Positions 8,135 through 17,483 are shown, counted from the first letter of the stretch. The stretch is DNA of 27,399 nucleotides from a virus (IMGVR_UViG_3300032104_000122:1-27399), one strand, 5' to 3'. Notes: generated by a model not told the origin, from the letters alone. Made by a program: numbers and translations.

Positions 8135-9399
8135 CCCGCAACCTGACCATCTCTGCCTCCGCCAAGGTTTCAACCGGCAAATCCGATTGGGCGCGGCGCA
8201 TCACCGACGCCTGGAATGCCAGCCGCGAGGCGGTAATCCACGTCGGTGCCCTGCTGATCGAGGCCAAGGACGTGCTGCCGCACGGCGACTTCCAGGCGAT
8301 GGTGGACGCCGAGCTGCCGTTCGGGCCGCGTACGGCCCAGCGCCTGATGGCGATCGTTGCCGATGAACGGATCACAAATACGACCCACGGGTCGCTTTTG
8401 CCAGCCTCATGGCGGACGCTGTACGAGCTGACGCGGCTCGATGACGCCGTCCTCGAGGGCGCCTTCGCCGCCGGCGACATCTCCCCGGACATGGAGCGCG
8501 GCGACGTGGCGCGGATCCGGCGCCGCGCCGCCGCCGATCGGGCCACGTCGGCACCCGGGGCCGTCGATGCCCAGGCGTGCGCGGTGGAGGACCTCACCGA
8601 GCTCGCGGTGTCCGGGGCGCGGTTCGGAGCCATTCTGGCGGATCCGCCGTGGACCTTCGAGACGTACTCGGCGAAAGGCCAGGGGCGGTCGGCGGAGACC
8701 CATTATGCGTGCATGGACGACAAGGCCATCGCCGACCTGCCGGTGAAGGATCTGGCGGCCGACGACTGCGTGCTGTTCCTGTGGTGCACCTGGCCGAAGC
8801 TCGAGGACGCGCTGTGGATCGTCGGCCAGTGGGGGTTCGACTACAAGACCGTCGCCTTCACCTGGGTCAAGCAGAAGCCCAAGGGCGGCGGCCTGTGGAC
8901 GGGGATGGGCTTCTGGACCCGGTCGAACCCGGAGCCGTGCCTGCTGGCGACCCGGGGGGCGCCCAAGCGCCTGTCGGGCAAGGTCAAGGAGCTGATCGTG
9001 GCCCCGGTGCGTGAGCACTCGCGCAAGCCCGCCGAGGCGCGGGCCCGCATCGCCCAACTTGTCCCGGGGCCGTACCTGGAGCTGTTCGCCCGGTCCCAGG
9101 CCGAGGGCTGGGAGGCCTGGGGCGCCGAGGTCGGGAAGTTCACCGAGGCGCCGGCCCAGGTGCCCGCCGAGGTGCCGGCCTCGAAGAAGCCCGGCAAAGC
9201 GTCGGGCAAAGCGTCGGGCAAGGCGCGGGGCAAGGCGACGGCTAAAGCGAGGGGCAAAGCGCCGGCTATGGTGGTGGCCAAGGCGGCGGCCTCAACGAAG
9301 TCCATCCGCGCCGCGAAACCTTCCCCTGACGTCCAACGCATTAACGCCGAAAAAGCTTCGTCGGCGGGCGAAACGAAGGCGGGGGAGAAAGCGCGGTGA
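8131..9399 (+). CDS. DUF3102 domain fused to MT-A70 family N6-adenine methyltransferase, with Lys/Ala-rich tail
   Basis: N-terminal VGALLIEAK..LPHGDF...RTAQRLM; ILADPPW, LFLWCT, WGFDYKT..FTWVK, HSRKP, LELFAR. Confidence 0.92.
   Translation: MTRNLTISASAKVSTGKSDWARRITDAWNASREAVIHVGALLIEAKDVLPHGDFQAMVDAELPFGPRTAQRLMAIVADERITNTTHGSLLPASWRTLYELTRLDDAVLEGAFAAGDISPDMERGDVARIRRRAAADRATSAPGAVDAQACAVEDLTELAVSGARFGAILADPPWTFETYSAKGQGRSAETHYACMDDKAIADLPVKDLAADDCVLFLWCTWPKLEDALWIVGQWGFDYKTVAFTWVKQKPKGGGLWTGMGFWTRSNPEPCLLATRGAPKRLSGKVKELIVAPVREHSRKPAEARARIAQLVPGPYLELFARSQAEGWEAWGAEVGKFTEAPAQVPAEVPASKKPGKASGKASGKARGKATAKARGKAPAMVVAKAAASTKSIRAAKPSPDVQRINAEKASSAGETKAGEKAR
8375..8400. repeat. Imperfect palindrome CAAATACGACCC-AC-GGGTCGCTTTTG inside the DUF3102 domain
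   Basis: Arms pair at 10/12 positions. Confidence 0.8.
9193..9264 (+). repeat. Six tandem 12-bp units encoding (G/A)KAx
   Basis: GGCAAAGCGTCG x2, GGCAAGGCGCGG, GGCAAGGCGACG, GCTAAAGCGAGG, GGCAAAGCGCCG. Confidence 0.9.
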
Positions 9400-9469
9400 T
9401 TAACACCGGTATCGTCTCGACACTGCCGCGTTGTCCTCAGGGATTCTCGGCCGGAATCGCGGGGACGTG

Positions 9470-9664
9470 ATGCGCTGGAAACCATGGCCGAGAATCTTGA
9501 AACGACGATCGGACGGATCGCTGTGGACAGCGGCCGGTGATTGTCCGTTGCCGTTTACCGGGTTCAATTTCGTTCGGCTCCACAAAGCAAAAATCGGCTG
9601 GTGGGCCGACTTTGACGATCGGTGGGTTTTTTTCAACTTCCGCGATTTTGACATTATCCGGTAA
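9470..9664 (+). CDS. Small Trp-rich hypothetical protein
   Basis: GGGGA upstream; fits the operon. Confidence 0.45.
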   Translation: MRWKPWPRILKRRSDGSLWTAAGDCPLPFTGFNFVRLHKAKIGWWADFDDRWVFFNFRDFDIIR

Positions 9665-9672
9665 CGGATGGC

Positions 9673-10155
9673 ATGGGCGAAATGAGCGATCGCGAGATCA
9701 GGTCCCCGCAGCCACGTTGTCCCCAAGGGTTCGCCGCCGGGACGGTGGTTCTGGCGAGCCTTTACGGTGAGGTCACCGTCCCCGCGTGTCTGATCGCCGG
9801 GTTGGCGGTGCACCATGTGGTCGTCAGCAACGGTCGATGCGGCCCGGATCACAGCTGGTGCTTGACGCGGGATTGGGCCGTTGCCCACGCCGCGACAGGC
9901 TTGGCTTTTGGCTATACGCGCGGGAGCAAGCGGGACGCGGTGAAATGCGCCTGGGCCTTGGCCGCGTGCGGCGTCGCCTGGACCCGGCTGAAGCGCGGTG
10001 ACGATCCGGGTTCCGTCGTGGGCTGGACAAAAGCCAAGGCGGCACGGGCCCGAAGGGCGCTTCAGGCGTGCGGTGCCTCGCCGAGGGGCGCCGCCCAGGC
10101 CGTCAGCAAATCGGCGATTCGGAATATCCGAAAACAGGCGGGGAAACGGAAATGA
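9673..10155 (+). CDS. Hypothetical phage protein
   Basis: W.V.H..TG motif common in small phage proteins; fits the operon. Confidence 0.55.
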   Translation: MGEMSDREIRSPQPRCPQGFAAGTVVLASLYGEVTVPACLIAGLAVHHVVVSNGRCGPDHSWCLTRDWAVAHAATGLAFGYTRGSKRDAVKCAWALAACGVAWTRLKRGDDPGSVVGWTKAKAARARRALQACGASPRGAAQAVSKSAIRNIRKQAGKRK

Positions 10156-10165
10156 GGGGGGCGGC

Positions 10166-11029
10166 GTGACAAACAACCCTTACCGCATAGAGGGCCCTGT
10201 CCTGGTTTCGTTTTCCGGCGGGCAGTCGAGCGGGTTCATCCTCAAGCAAATCCTCGACGCCTCCGGCGGGCGTTTGCCCGAAGATGTGTACGCGGTGTTC
10301 TTCAACACCGGGAAGGAGATGCCCGAGACCCTAGATTTCGTCCAGGAGTGCTCGATGCGGTGGCGGTGTTCAATCACGTGGCTCGAATACGCCAAGGACG
10401 AGCCACACCAAACGGCGATCGTCAACCACAACTCAGCCAGCCGCAACGGCGAACCGTTTGTGGACGTCATCAAGAATAGACGATTCCTGCCCAATCCAGT
10501 GACGCGCTTCTGCACGTCCGTCCTCAAGGTCAAACGCGGCATCGCCTTCATGCGCGACATGAAGGGCCACGAGCATCGGGACAGCGCCCTCGGGCTCCGG
10601 GCCGACGAGCGACGGCGTGTTGCCAAAGCGAGGCAGCGCAACGAGAGCGGCAAGGAGCGTTTCGATACGGTCATGCCGCTCGCGGAGGCGGGGATCGCCC
10701 GGCGGGATGTCGTCGCATTCTGGAACGCGCAGCCGTTTGATCTCCGGCTCCCCAACGTGAACGGGGTAACGCCGCTCGGGAACTGCGATCTCTGTTTCCT
10801 GAAAGGGGCCGCCACGCTGCTCGGCATCGTCAGGGACCGGCCAGAACTCAGCCGATGGTGGATCGAACAGGAAGCGAGCGTAACCGGGGCGACCGCTAAA
10901 CCGGATGGCGCGCGGTTCCGTGCAGACCGCCCCACTTACGCGGAGATGCTGCGGCTGGTCCAAACGCAGGGCGACCTATTCATCGATCTGCCAAACGACG
11001 AGGCAATCCCCTGCATGTGTACGGATTGA
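10166..11029 (+). CDS. PAPS reductase/PP-loop family protein (phage type)
   Basis: VSFSGGQSSG PP-loop, FFNTGKE, RFCT..LK, GLRADE..R, GNCDLCFLK, terminal C.C; GTG start after GAGGGGG. Confidence 0.88.
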   Translation: MTNNPYRIEGPVLVSFSGGQSSGFILKQILDASGGRLPEDVYAVFFNTGKEMPETLDFVQECSMRWRCSITWLEYAKDEPHQTAIVNHNSASRNGEPFVDVIKNRRFLPNPVTRFCTSVLKVKRGIAFMRDMKGHEHRDSALGLRADERRRVAKARQRNESGKERFDTVMPLAEAGIARRDVVAFWNAQPFDLRLPNVNGVTPLGNCDLCFLKGAATLLGIVRDRPELSRWWIEQEASVTGATAKPDGARFRADRPTYAEMLRLVQTQGDLFIDLPNDEAIPCMCTD

Positions 11030-11042
11030 GGAGGGGGCCGGC

Positions 11043-12017
11043 GTGAACCACATCGATACCGCCGCCATCCGTACCCGGCATCCGCTGGCGGCCGTGGTCG
11101 GGCGCTATGTGAAGCTGACGCGCCGTGGACGGGAACATGTGGGCCTATGTCCGTTCCACGCCGAAAAGACGCCGTCGTTCACGGTGGTTGAGGGCAAGGG
11201 CTTTTTCCATTGCTTCGGCTGCGGCGCCCACGGGGACGTGATCGGGTTCGTGCGTGAGATCGAGGGCGTGGACTTCGCCGAGGCGGTGCGGCGCCTCGAG
11301 GGTGATGCCCCACCCATGGCTGCGCGCCAGGTGGATCGCCGCGAGGCGAATCGTCGAGAAGCCGCGGAGCGCACGCGGCGCATCCAGGCAGCGCGCGAGA
11401 TGTGGCGATCGGCGGAGAGGGACATTCGCGGGACGCCGGTGGAAACATATCTGGAATCCCGCGGGGTCCGGCGGCCGCGCAAGGGCTGGCCGCCGAGCCT
11501 GCGCTATGCGCCGCGACTGTCCTATCTGGACGGCGGGGATGTGAATGACGGCACCACGTGGCCGGCCATGGTGGCGGCGGTGCAGAAGGGAAGAAAAGCC
11601 CGGGCGCCGGTGATGGCGGTACACCGGACGTACCTCACGGCCGACGGTTCGGCCAAGGCGCCGGTTCGGAGCCCGAAGAAGATGCTGGGGCCGGTTTCCG
11701 GCGGCGCCGTCCGCTTCGCCGCGCCCGGATCCCGGCTTCTATTGGCTGAGGGCATCGAGACGGCGCTGAGCGTCGCCCAGGCGATGCCCCGGCGGCGCAT
11801 ATGGGCGGCGGGGTCGCTGGGCAACATGGCGGTGCAGCTGCTGCCGGTCGTGGTGCGCCGGGTGACGCTGCTCATGGACGCGGACATGAAGGACCCCGAC
11901 GTCGCCGTCCGCACCGCCCAGAAGGCGGCCGAGACCTACGGGGTGCACGGCGTCCGCGTCGAGTGTGTGTGGCCAGAGCTGGGGATGGATTTCAACGACG
12001 TGTTGAGGGTGGCGTAG
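11043..12017 (+). CDS. DNA primase (CHC2 zinc finger plus Toprim)
   Basis: GLCPFHAEKTPSF...FHCFGCGAHGD; AEGIETALS; DAD; DFND; GAGGAG SD. Confidence 0.92.
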   Translation: MNHIDTAAIRTRHPLAAVVGRYVKLTRRGREHVGLCPFHAEKTPSFTVVEGKGFFHCFGCGAHGDVIGFVREIEGVDFAEAVRRLEGDAPPMAARQVDRREANRREAAERTRRIQAAREMWRSAERDIRGTPVETYLESRGVRRPRKGWPPSLRYAPRLSYLDGGDVNDGTTWPAMVAAVQKGRKARAPVMAVHRTYLTADGSAKAPVRSPKKMLGPVSGGAVRFAAPGSRLLLAEGIETALSVAQAMPRRRIWAAGSLGNMAVQLLPVVVRRVTLLMDADMKDPDVAVRTAQKAAETYGVHGVRVECVWPELGMDFNDVLRVA

Positions 12018-13373
12018 ATGGGCGAAGACGCGATCAAGGAAGCGGTGAAGAACCCAGTGCCGGCGTCGAGGTCGGTCAACTCGGTCGCCCACGAGATTCT
12101 GGAAAGGCACGACCTGGTGGCCGACGAGACCGGCGCCGTCTATCGCTACGAGAACGGACCGTGGCGGCGGCTGTCGGACATCGCGTTGATTCGCCTGGCC
12201 CGGGACTTCGACGGCCGGGGCACCAGCAGCCACCGGCGGCGCGAGATCGTCGACTACCTGCGGGCGACGGCCTACGAGGCGGACCTGACCTGGGGCCGGG
12301 TGGCGGATTTCGAGGTCGGCTGCACCAACGGCATCGTCGACGTGCGCAGCGGCGCGGTGGGACCGCACAAGCCCGAGCATTACCTCGAGCGCGTCATCCC
12401 CCACGTCTACGACCCGACGGCGCAGGCCCCGGTGTGGCACCAGGCCCTGGCCGACTGGTTCGGCGACGCCGAGGGCGACGGCTCGATCGAGGCCCTGCAG
12501 GAGTTCTTCGGCTACCTGGCGCTCAGCCACGCCAAGTACAAGAAGGCGCTGTTGCTGTACGGCCCCGCGGACTGCGGTAAGAGCCGCATCGTCGACGCCG
12601 CTATGGGGCTGGTCGGGTCGCGCTACACGTGCCAGCTCTCGGTCGAGTTCATGGACGATCCGACCCGGCGCGCCGTGATCAAGGGCAAGGCGCTGAACGT
12701 CGCCACCGAGCTGCCGATGGACGCCCTGATCGCGGATAGCGGCTTCAAGACCATGGTGTCGACGGAGGAGCCCCTGCTCATCGACGAGAAGTACCGCCCG
12801 GCGGAGATGTACGTGCCGACGGCGAAGCACGTGATCGCCACCAATCACCTGCCGCGCATCAACGACCGCACCGAGGCGACGTTCAACAGAATTCTATTAA
12901 TCCCTCTGCTGACGAGCATCCTGCCCGAACGCCAGGACCGACAGCTGCAGGCGAAGATCAGCGCCGAGTTGCCCGGCGTCCTGGCGTGGGCTATCGAGGG
13001 CGCGAAACGCTTGGTGGGGCGCGATGGGGAATGGCGCGAGCCCGAACAGGGGCGGCTTTTCATGGCGGAGTACCGGGATGAGCAAAACCCGATGCGCCAG
13101 TTCCTGCGCGAAGATTGCGTGCGCATCGACGGCGCGGCGGTGCCGCTGACCACCCTGACCAAGCAATTCAACCAATGGAACCAGGGCGCCCGTAAGGCTT
13201 CCGTGCGTGCCGTCGCGACGATGTTGCGCGCCGCCGGCCAGGCGTCGTCGATCCGCACGGTGCGGATGAACAGACGGACGATGAAGGCGCTGGTGGGCTG
13301 GCGGCTGTGCCTGTGGTCGGACGCCCCCGACGAGATCAATTTGGCGGCGGCGGAAACGTACATCCAGGAGTAG
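12018..13373 (+). CDS. P4/D5-family SF3 helicase (phage/plasmid primase C-terminal type)
   Basis: D5_N-like NGIVDVRSG...H.PE; Walker A GPADCGKS; ATNHLP; ELPGVLAWAIEG. Confidence 0.9.
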   Translation: MGEDAIKEAVKNPVPASRSVNSVAHEILERHDLVADETGAVYRYENGPWRRLSDIALIRLARDFDGRGTSSHRRREIVDYLRATAYEADLTWGRVADFEVGCTNGIVDVRSGAVGPHKPEHYLERVIPHVYDPTAQAPVWHQALADWFGDAEGDGSIEALQEFFGYLALSHAKYKKALLLYGPADCGKSRIVDAAMGLVGSRYTCQLSVEFMDDPTRRAVIKGKALNVATELPMDALIADSGFKTMVSTEEPLLIDEKYRPAEMYVPTAKHVIATNHLPRINDRTEATFNRILLIPLLTSILPERQDRQLQAKISAELPGVLAWAIEGAKRLVGRDGEWREPEQGRLFMAEYRDEQNPMRQFLREDCVRIDGAAVPLTTLTKQFNQWNQGARKASVRAVATMLRAAGQASSIRTVRMNRRTMKALVGWRLCLWSDAPDEINLAAAETYIQE

Positions 13374-13399
13374 TAACGTGCCTGATAAGGGCGGCCGGG

Positions 13400-13692
13400 A
13401 TTCTGTTACCAGAATGTTACCGAGTGTTACCGAAGGAAGCGCTTCGGTAACACGGCGCAAGAATGTTGCGTGTTTTGTTAAGATTTATTAAGATTTGTTT
13501 AGAACTCTTAAAAAATGTTACCGAAATCCCGCCTTCGGTAACACTCGGTAACATCGGCAGTGGGCCGCAAACCCACGGTGGGCGCGCGACTCAGGCCGGT
13601 GTTACCGTGTTACCGGATTCCCTTATATCTAATTACTGGGAGAGAGGGAAAGAGGGGTCCCAGTAAGAAGAAGAAGGGAAATCCGGTAACAC
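13400..13692. repeat. Putative replication origin with ten TGTTACC iterons and an AT-rich core
   Basis: TGTTACC at 13404, 13415, 13425, 13516, 13600, 13608; GGTAACA at 13446, 13537, 13547, 13685; perfect 23-bp inverted repeat 13414-13436/13532-13554. Confidence 0.75.
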
Positions 13693-13746
13693 CCACGAAA
13701 TGGGCGAAATCAGGTTGTATGACGCTAAGAACACATAGCGACTTTT

Positions 13747-14397
13747 ATGTCTGAAAAACGCACCATCGACATCGAGAGGTTTTGCCGTTGGGCCTATCAT
13801 GACCAACGGGCTGAGGAAACCATCGAGCAGTGGGAAGAATGGGAGCCGCGCCTACTCGGCAGCTTTAATTCCGACGCCATGATGGCGAATTATACCGTCC
13901 TCGGCGTTCGCATCAGCGGCGGTGGCTTAAGCGCCTACCGGAATTTCGATCTCCACCCGGATGCTGAGCTCCTGCACGACCGGGTCATGGGCCTGGGACG
14001 GGATGCGTCGATCCTCATTCGGGTGTGTGCCAAGGCCGACCTGCGGCCGGATTGGCGCCCCGGCGCCGAGCCCAGGTGGGAACCTTGCACAACATGGCAG
14101 CGGACCAACGGCGAGCAGATGCCAATGTATGAATATGACGCCGGATATCGTGGCGGCAAACAGCCGTGGTTCTGCCCGCTCAGACTGGTCGACGGCCTGG
14201 AATCCATCGCCTATCACCGGCGGGTCTATGCCACCTGGTACGGTGGGTTGGTGTCGTTGGCGACGGCGCTCGCGGCGAATCGGGAGGACCTGATCCGGCA
14301 CTCGGTGACCGGGCCGGCGGCGCCGGCGGCGCCGTGGAATGCGCAGGCTTCCGCCGTTTCGCAAATAGGGATTGACAACCTTGCGGAAAATCGTTGA
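13747..14397 (+). CDS. Hypothetical protein at the Q position, candidate late-gene regulator
   Basis: Last early gene before the promoter/terminator and terminase; LHPDAE and PAAPW motifs; function inferred from position only. Confidence 0.65.
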   Translation: MSEKRTIDIERFCRWAYHDQRAEETIEQWEEWEPRLLGSFNSDAMMANYTVLGVRISGGGLSAYRNFDLHPDAELLHDRVMGLGRDASILIRVCAKADLRPDWRPGAEPRWEPCTTWQRTNGEQMPMYEYDAGYRGGKQPWFCPLRLVDGLESIAYHRRVYATWYGGLVSLATALAANREDLIRHSVTGPAAPAAPWNAQASAVSQIGIDNLAENR

Positions 14398-14400
14398 CAT
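14372..14400 (+). promoter_or_regulatory. Candidate late promoter region
   Basis: Two TTGACA hexamers (14372, 14394) at the end of the Q-position gene; no consensus -10. Confidence 0.4.
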
Positions 14401-14421
14401 GAAGGCAACATCCTGAGATGT

Positions 14422-14459
14422 GCCCGCCGGCGGGGAAAGGATCCTGAGGCGGGCTTTTT
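14422..14459 (+). terminator. Intrinsic terminator-like hairpin (tR'-like)
   Basis: GCCCGCC...GGCGGGC followed by TTTTT; loop is long. Confidence 0.5.
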
Positions 14460-14533
14460 CATGCCCGGGTGAACCGATGCCTTGGGCCGCGCCGCGACCA
14501 TGCGGCCAGCCGGGATGCGCTGAAAATTTATCT

Positions 14534-14585
14534 AGGTTCTTTTAAAGACCCCAAAACCTACATGGGAAGGGTGCGCGTCATGTGC
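14534..14585 (+). other. Candidate cos site
   Basis: AGGTTCT (cosQ-like), 18 nt, then TACATGGGAAGGGTGCGCGTCATGTG with ACATG/CATGT symmetry, just upstream of terS. Confidence 0.45.
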
Positions 14586-14676
14586 GTGAAACGGCGGGTT
14601 TCCGCGGCCTCTGCGGTTGCTGTTTTGGTTGTCTTCCGAGGGTAACGGTTTCCTTCTGATCATCTTCGAGGCGTAA

Positions 14677-15246
14677 ATGTCACCCAGGAAAGATTCCAAC
14701 GTCGTCAACCTGCGCGAACTCGCCGAGATCATGAACGTATCTGACAATACACTGCGTGAATTGATCCGCGCCGACGGCAACTTCCCGGTCCTGGCCCGGG
14801 GCAGCCATGGCGTGCCCTACGAATTCTCGGTGTCGGCGGTGAGCACCTGGCGGCAGGAGCACCAGGAGCAGATCAAGGCCGAACAGGACCGGCGACAGGA
14901 GGAGCTGAAGCAATTCCGCCTGGAGCTGTTCGGCGGTCAACTCGCCGACGAGACGCGGGAGGGCCTCACGGCGGCCGAGATCGCCAAGGAGATCGAGGCC
15001 GAAATCAACGCCTTGAAGCTGGCCAAGGCGCGTGGCGAATACGTCGTCAAGGCGGATGTCGAGCGCTGCGTCGCCTTCGCATTCGTCGAGCTCAGGAAGG
15101 AATTGATGCAACTCGGCACCGAGATCACACGCGCGCTCGGCCTCGAGGCGACCGCGCGGGCCACCGTCGATGACATGGTCAAGGCGAAGCTGGAGCGGTG
15201 CAGCGACCGGCTGTCGCGGCAGGAAAACTATGCGCAAGCTGCCTGA
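14677..15246 (+). CDS. Terminase small subunit (Nu1-like)
   Basis: N-terminal wHTH VNLRELAEIMNVSDNTL; LKLAKARGEYV; precedes terL. Confidence 0.88.
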   Translation: MSPRKDSNVVNLRELAEIMNVSDNTLRELIRADGNFPVLARGSHGVPYEFSVSAVSTWRQEHQEQIKAEQDRRQEELKQFRLELFGGQLADETREGLTAAEIAKEIEAEINALKLAKARGEYVVKADVERCVAFAFVELRKELMQLGTEITRALGLEATARATVDDMVKAKLERCSDRLSRQENYAQAA

Positions 15247-17263
15247 CATCCCATCCTTTACCGCGGCCAGTGAGGTCGTGGGCCGGATCGCCGCGATGCT
15301 CCGCGTCCCGCCCTCGGTCACGGTGAGCGAAGCGGCCCTGCGCCACCGGATCCTGCGCAACCCAGGGGGCGGGTTCACCGGCCGCTACAGCTTCGACATG
15401 GCGCCGTACCTGCGCCGTATCCACGATTGCCTGGCGACCGACGGCGGTAACAACGCGGTGGCCGTCATGGGCCCGGGCCAGTGTGGCAAGAGCGACATCG
15501 GCAACAACTGGTTCCTCCACACGGCGATCTACGACCCGGCGGACGTGATCTTCCTGGCGCCCGACAAGTCGATCATGCGCGACTACGTGGTGAGCCAGAT
15601 CAACCAGATGATCCGCACGAGCCCGGAACTCCATGAGCTCCTGTTGGAAACCCCGTCGGCCGACAACATCTTCTCGAAACAGTTCCGAGGCTGCACCTGG
15701 TTCTTCATCTGGCCGGTCTCTTCGCAGATGCGGGCGCGGCCGATCCCGCGCGTGAGAGTCGACGATTACGACGAGATCCCCGAGGACATCGACGGCCAGG
15801 GCACGGCGCTGATGCTGCTGTCGGCGCGCCAGACGGCGTTCGAGGGCCACGACATGACCTACGTGAACAGCTCTCCGGCGCTCGGCCCAAAACGCGGCAT
15901 CGAGGCCCTCGTCGCCTCGGGGACGGACGAGCGCTGGCACGTGCCGTGCCGCCATTGCGGCGACTATTTCGTGCTCGACTTCGAACACCAGTTGCGGTTC
16001 AAGCGAGACGGTTCGCCCGCCGAGGCGAAATTCTCGGCCGCCGTCATCTGCCCCGAATGCGGCGGCGTGATGACGCAGGCCGACAAGCGCGAGATGATGG
16101 CGGCAGGCGTGTGGGCCGGGGCGGACCAGACCGTGAAGGCCGACGGGACGCTGGACGGGCGGGCGCGCGAGACCAACATCGTCAGCTTCCGCATCGACGG
16201 TTTGATGGGGCTGGGATCCTGGGGCCGCCTGGCCGAGCTTTGGCGCCGGGCCGACCTGGCCTTCGAGGTGCGGCAGGACGAGGCCGACCTGGTCGCCTTC
16301 TACAACGCGCGGATCGGCATGAACTACATCTCGCGCCTGGCCGAGGCGACTGCGATCGAGCCAAGCGACCTCGCGGCCCGCGCCGACCACTACAAGCTGG
16401 GCGAGGTGCCGGAAGGGGTCGAGGTCCTGACGGCGGCCGTCGACGTCCAGGTGAACCGTTTCGAGATCATGGTCGTCGGCTGGAAGACCGGCCTGGAATC
16501 GTTCATCGTCGACCGCTTCGCACTCACCCAGGTCGAGATGGGCGGCGACCGCATCGATCCGGCGCGCTATCCCGAGCACTGGGCGCTCCTGTTGCGCTAC
16601 GTGCTGTGGCGCCGCTATCCGATCGCCGGCGCGCCCGGCAAATCGCTGGCGATCTGCAACACGGCGATCGACACCGGCGGCCAGGAGGGCGTCTCGGACA
16701 ACGCCGTCAAGTTCTGGTACACGGCGCGCCGCGTCGGAGTCCCCGACGCAACGATCACGATGATCAAGGGCGGCATGAATCTGAAGGCTAAGCTGTTGTC
16801 GGCGCCGACCTATCTCGAGCTCGATTCGCGCGGCCGGCCGCGTCGCGGCGGGCCGAAGCTTTACGTCATCAACGTCAACCAGGCGAAGGATATCCTCAAC
16901 GCCCGGCTCGCCCGCCAGACCCCAGGCGCCGGCTACATCCACTTCGCCGCGGACATGCCGAACGAATATCTCGAGGAGCTGACCGCCGAGGAAAAACAAA
17001 AGGGGCGGTGGGTCAAGACCAAGCCGCGCAACGAGACCTTGGACCTCGCGGCCTACAATATCGCCGCCCTGGTGCGCCACGGCGGCGAACGGGCGGACCT
17101 CGCCTGGGTGCCGGCGTGGGCGCGGGTGTCCGATACCCCGGCGCCCGACGTGCGTGCCGGCGGCTCGCCGACGAAAGACATCATCCAGGCTCCGCATCCG
17201 GCCATTGTCTCGGTCAGGAATCGCCGGGCGCGGCGGCGCGTGAGCAGCAGCATGATGGGGTGA
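15230..17263 (+). CDS. Terminase large subunit (lambda GpA family)
   Basis: GPGQCGKS Walker A; VDDYDE Walker B; VPCRHCG/CPECG; LTAAVDVQ; IDTGG; LTAE; RNETLD. Confidence 0.96.
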   Translation: MRKLPDIPSFTAASEVVGRIAAMLRVPPSVTVSEAALRHRILRNPGGGFTGRYSFDMAPYLRRIHDCLATDGGNNAVAVMGPGQCGKSDIGNNWFLHTAIYDPADVIFLAPDKSIMRDYVVSQINQMIRTSPELHELLLETPSADNIFSKQFRGCTWFFIWPVSSQMRARPIPRVRVDDYDEIPEDIDGQGTALMLLSARQTAFEGHDMTYVNSSPALGPKRGIEALVASGTDERWHVPCRHCGDYFVLDFEHQLRFKRDGSPAEAKFSAAVICPECGGVMTQADKREMMAAGVWAGADQTVKADGTLDGRARETNIVSFRIDGLMGLGSWGRLAELWRRADLAFEVRQDEADLVAFYNARIGMNYISRLAEATAIEPSDLAARADHYKLGEVPEGVEVLTAAVDVQVNRFEIMVVGWKTGLESFIVDRFALTQVEMGGDRIDPARYPEHWALLLRYVLWRRYPIAGAPGKSLAICNTAIDTGGQEGVSDNAVKFWYTARRVGVPDATITMIKGGMNLKAKLLSAPTYLELDSRGRPRRGGPKLYVINVNQAKDILNARLARQTPGAGYIHFAADMPNEYLEELTAEEKQKGRWVKTKPRNETLDLAAYNIAALVRHGGERADLAWVPAWARVSDTPAPDVRAGGSPTKDIIQAPHPAIVSVRNRRARRRVSSSMMG

Positions 17264-17267
17264 CCCC

Positions 17268-17483
17268 ATGGCCACTTTGCAGGACCTCAAGGATAGGCGC
17301 GACAGGCTGAAGGCGCAGAAACACTCGGGCGTTGCCCGCGTGACTTTCGAGGGGCGCACGGTCGACTATCGCGGGCTGGCCGAAATCAACCTGGCCATCG
17401 CGGATCTCGACCTGCTGATCAGTCAACAGGAAGGCGGCAAGGTGACGCGCCACATCCGTGTCTTTGCCGACAAGGGGCTGTAG
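17268..17483 (+). CDS. gpW-like head-tail joining protein
   Basis: SGVARVTFEGRTVDYR..AEI..AI...KGL. Confidence 0.9.
   Translation: MATLQDLKDRRDRLKAQKHSGVARVTFEGRTVDYRGLAEINLAIADLDLLISQQEGGKVTRHIRVFADKGL
17417..17483 (+). repeat. Left copy of 67-bp direct repeat (gpW 3' end)
   Basis: 59/67 identical to 19201-19267. Confidence 0.92.

Noticed and set aside
11303-11322. TGATGCCCC-N9-TG resembling half a guide unit in the primase gene
   Set aside because: Lacks both CCA boxes and a stem, and is far from tas
15179-17359. Long minus-strand ORFs (726 aa here; also 4936-6279, 11739-12848, 22511-23932, 23439-24443, 24775-25812)
   Set aside because: Shadow frames of well-supported + strand genes in GC-rich DNA, with no recognisable motifs
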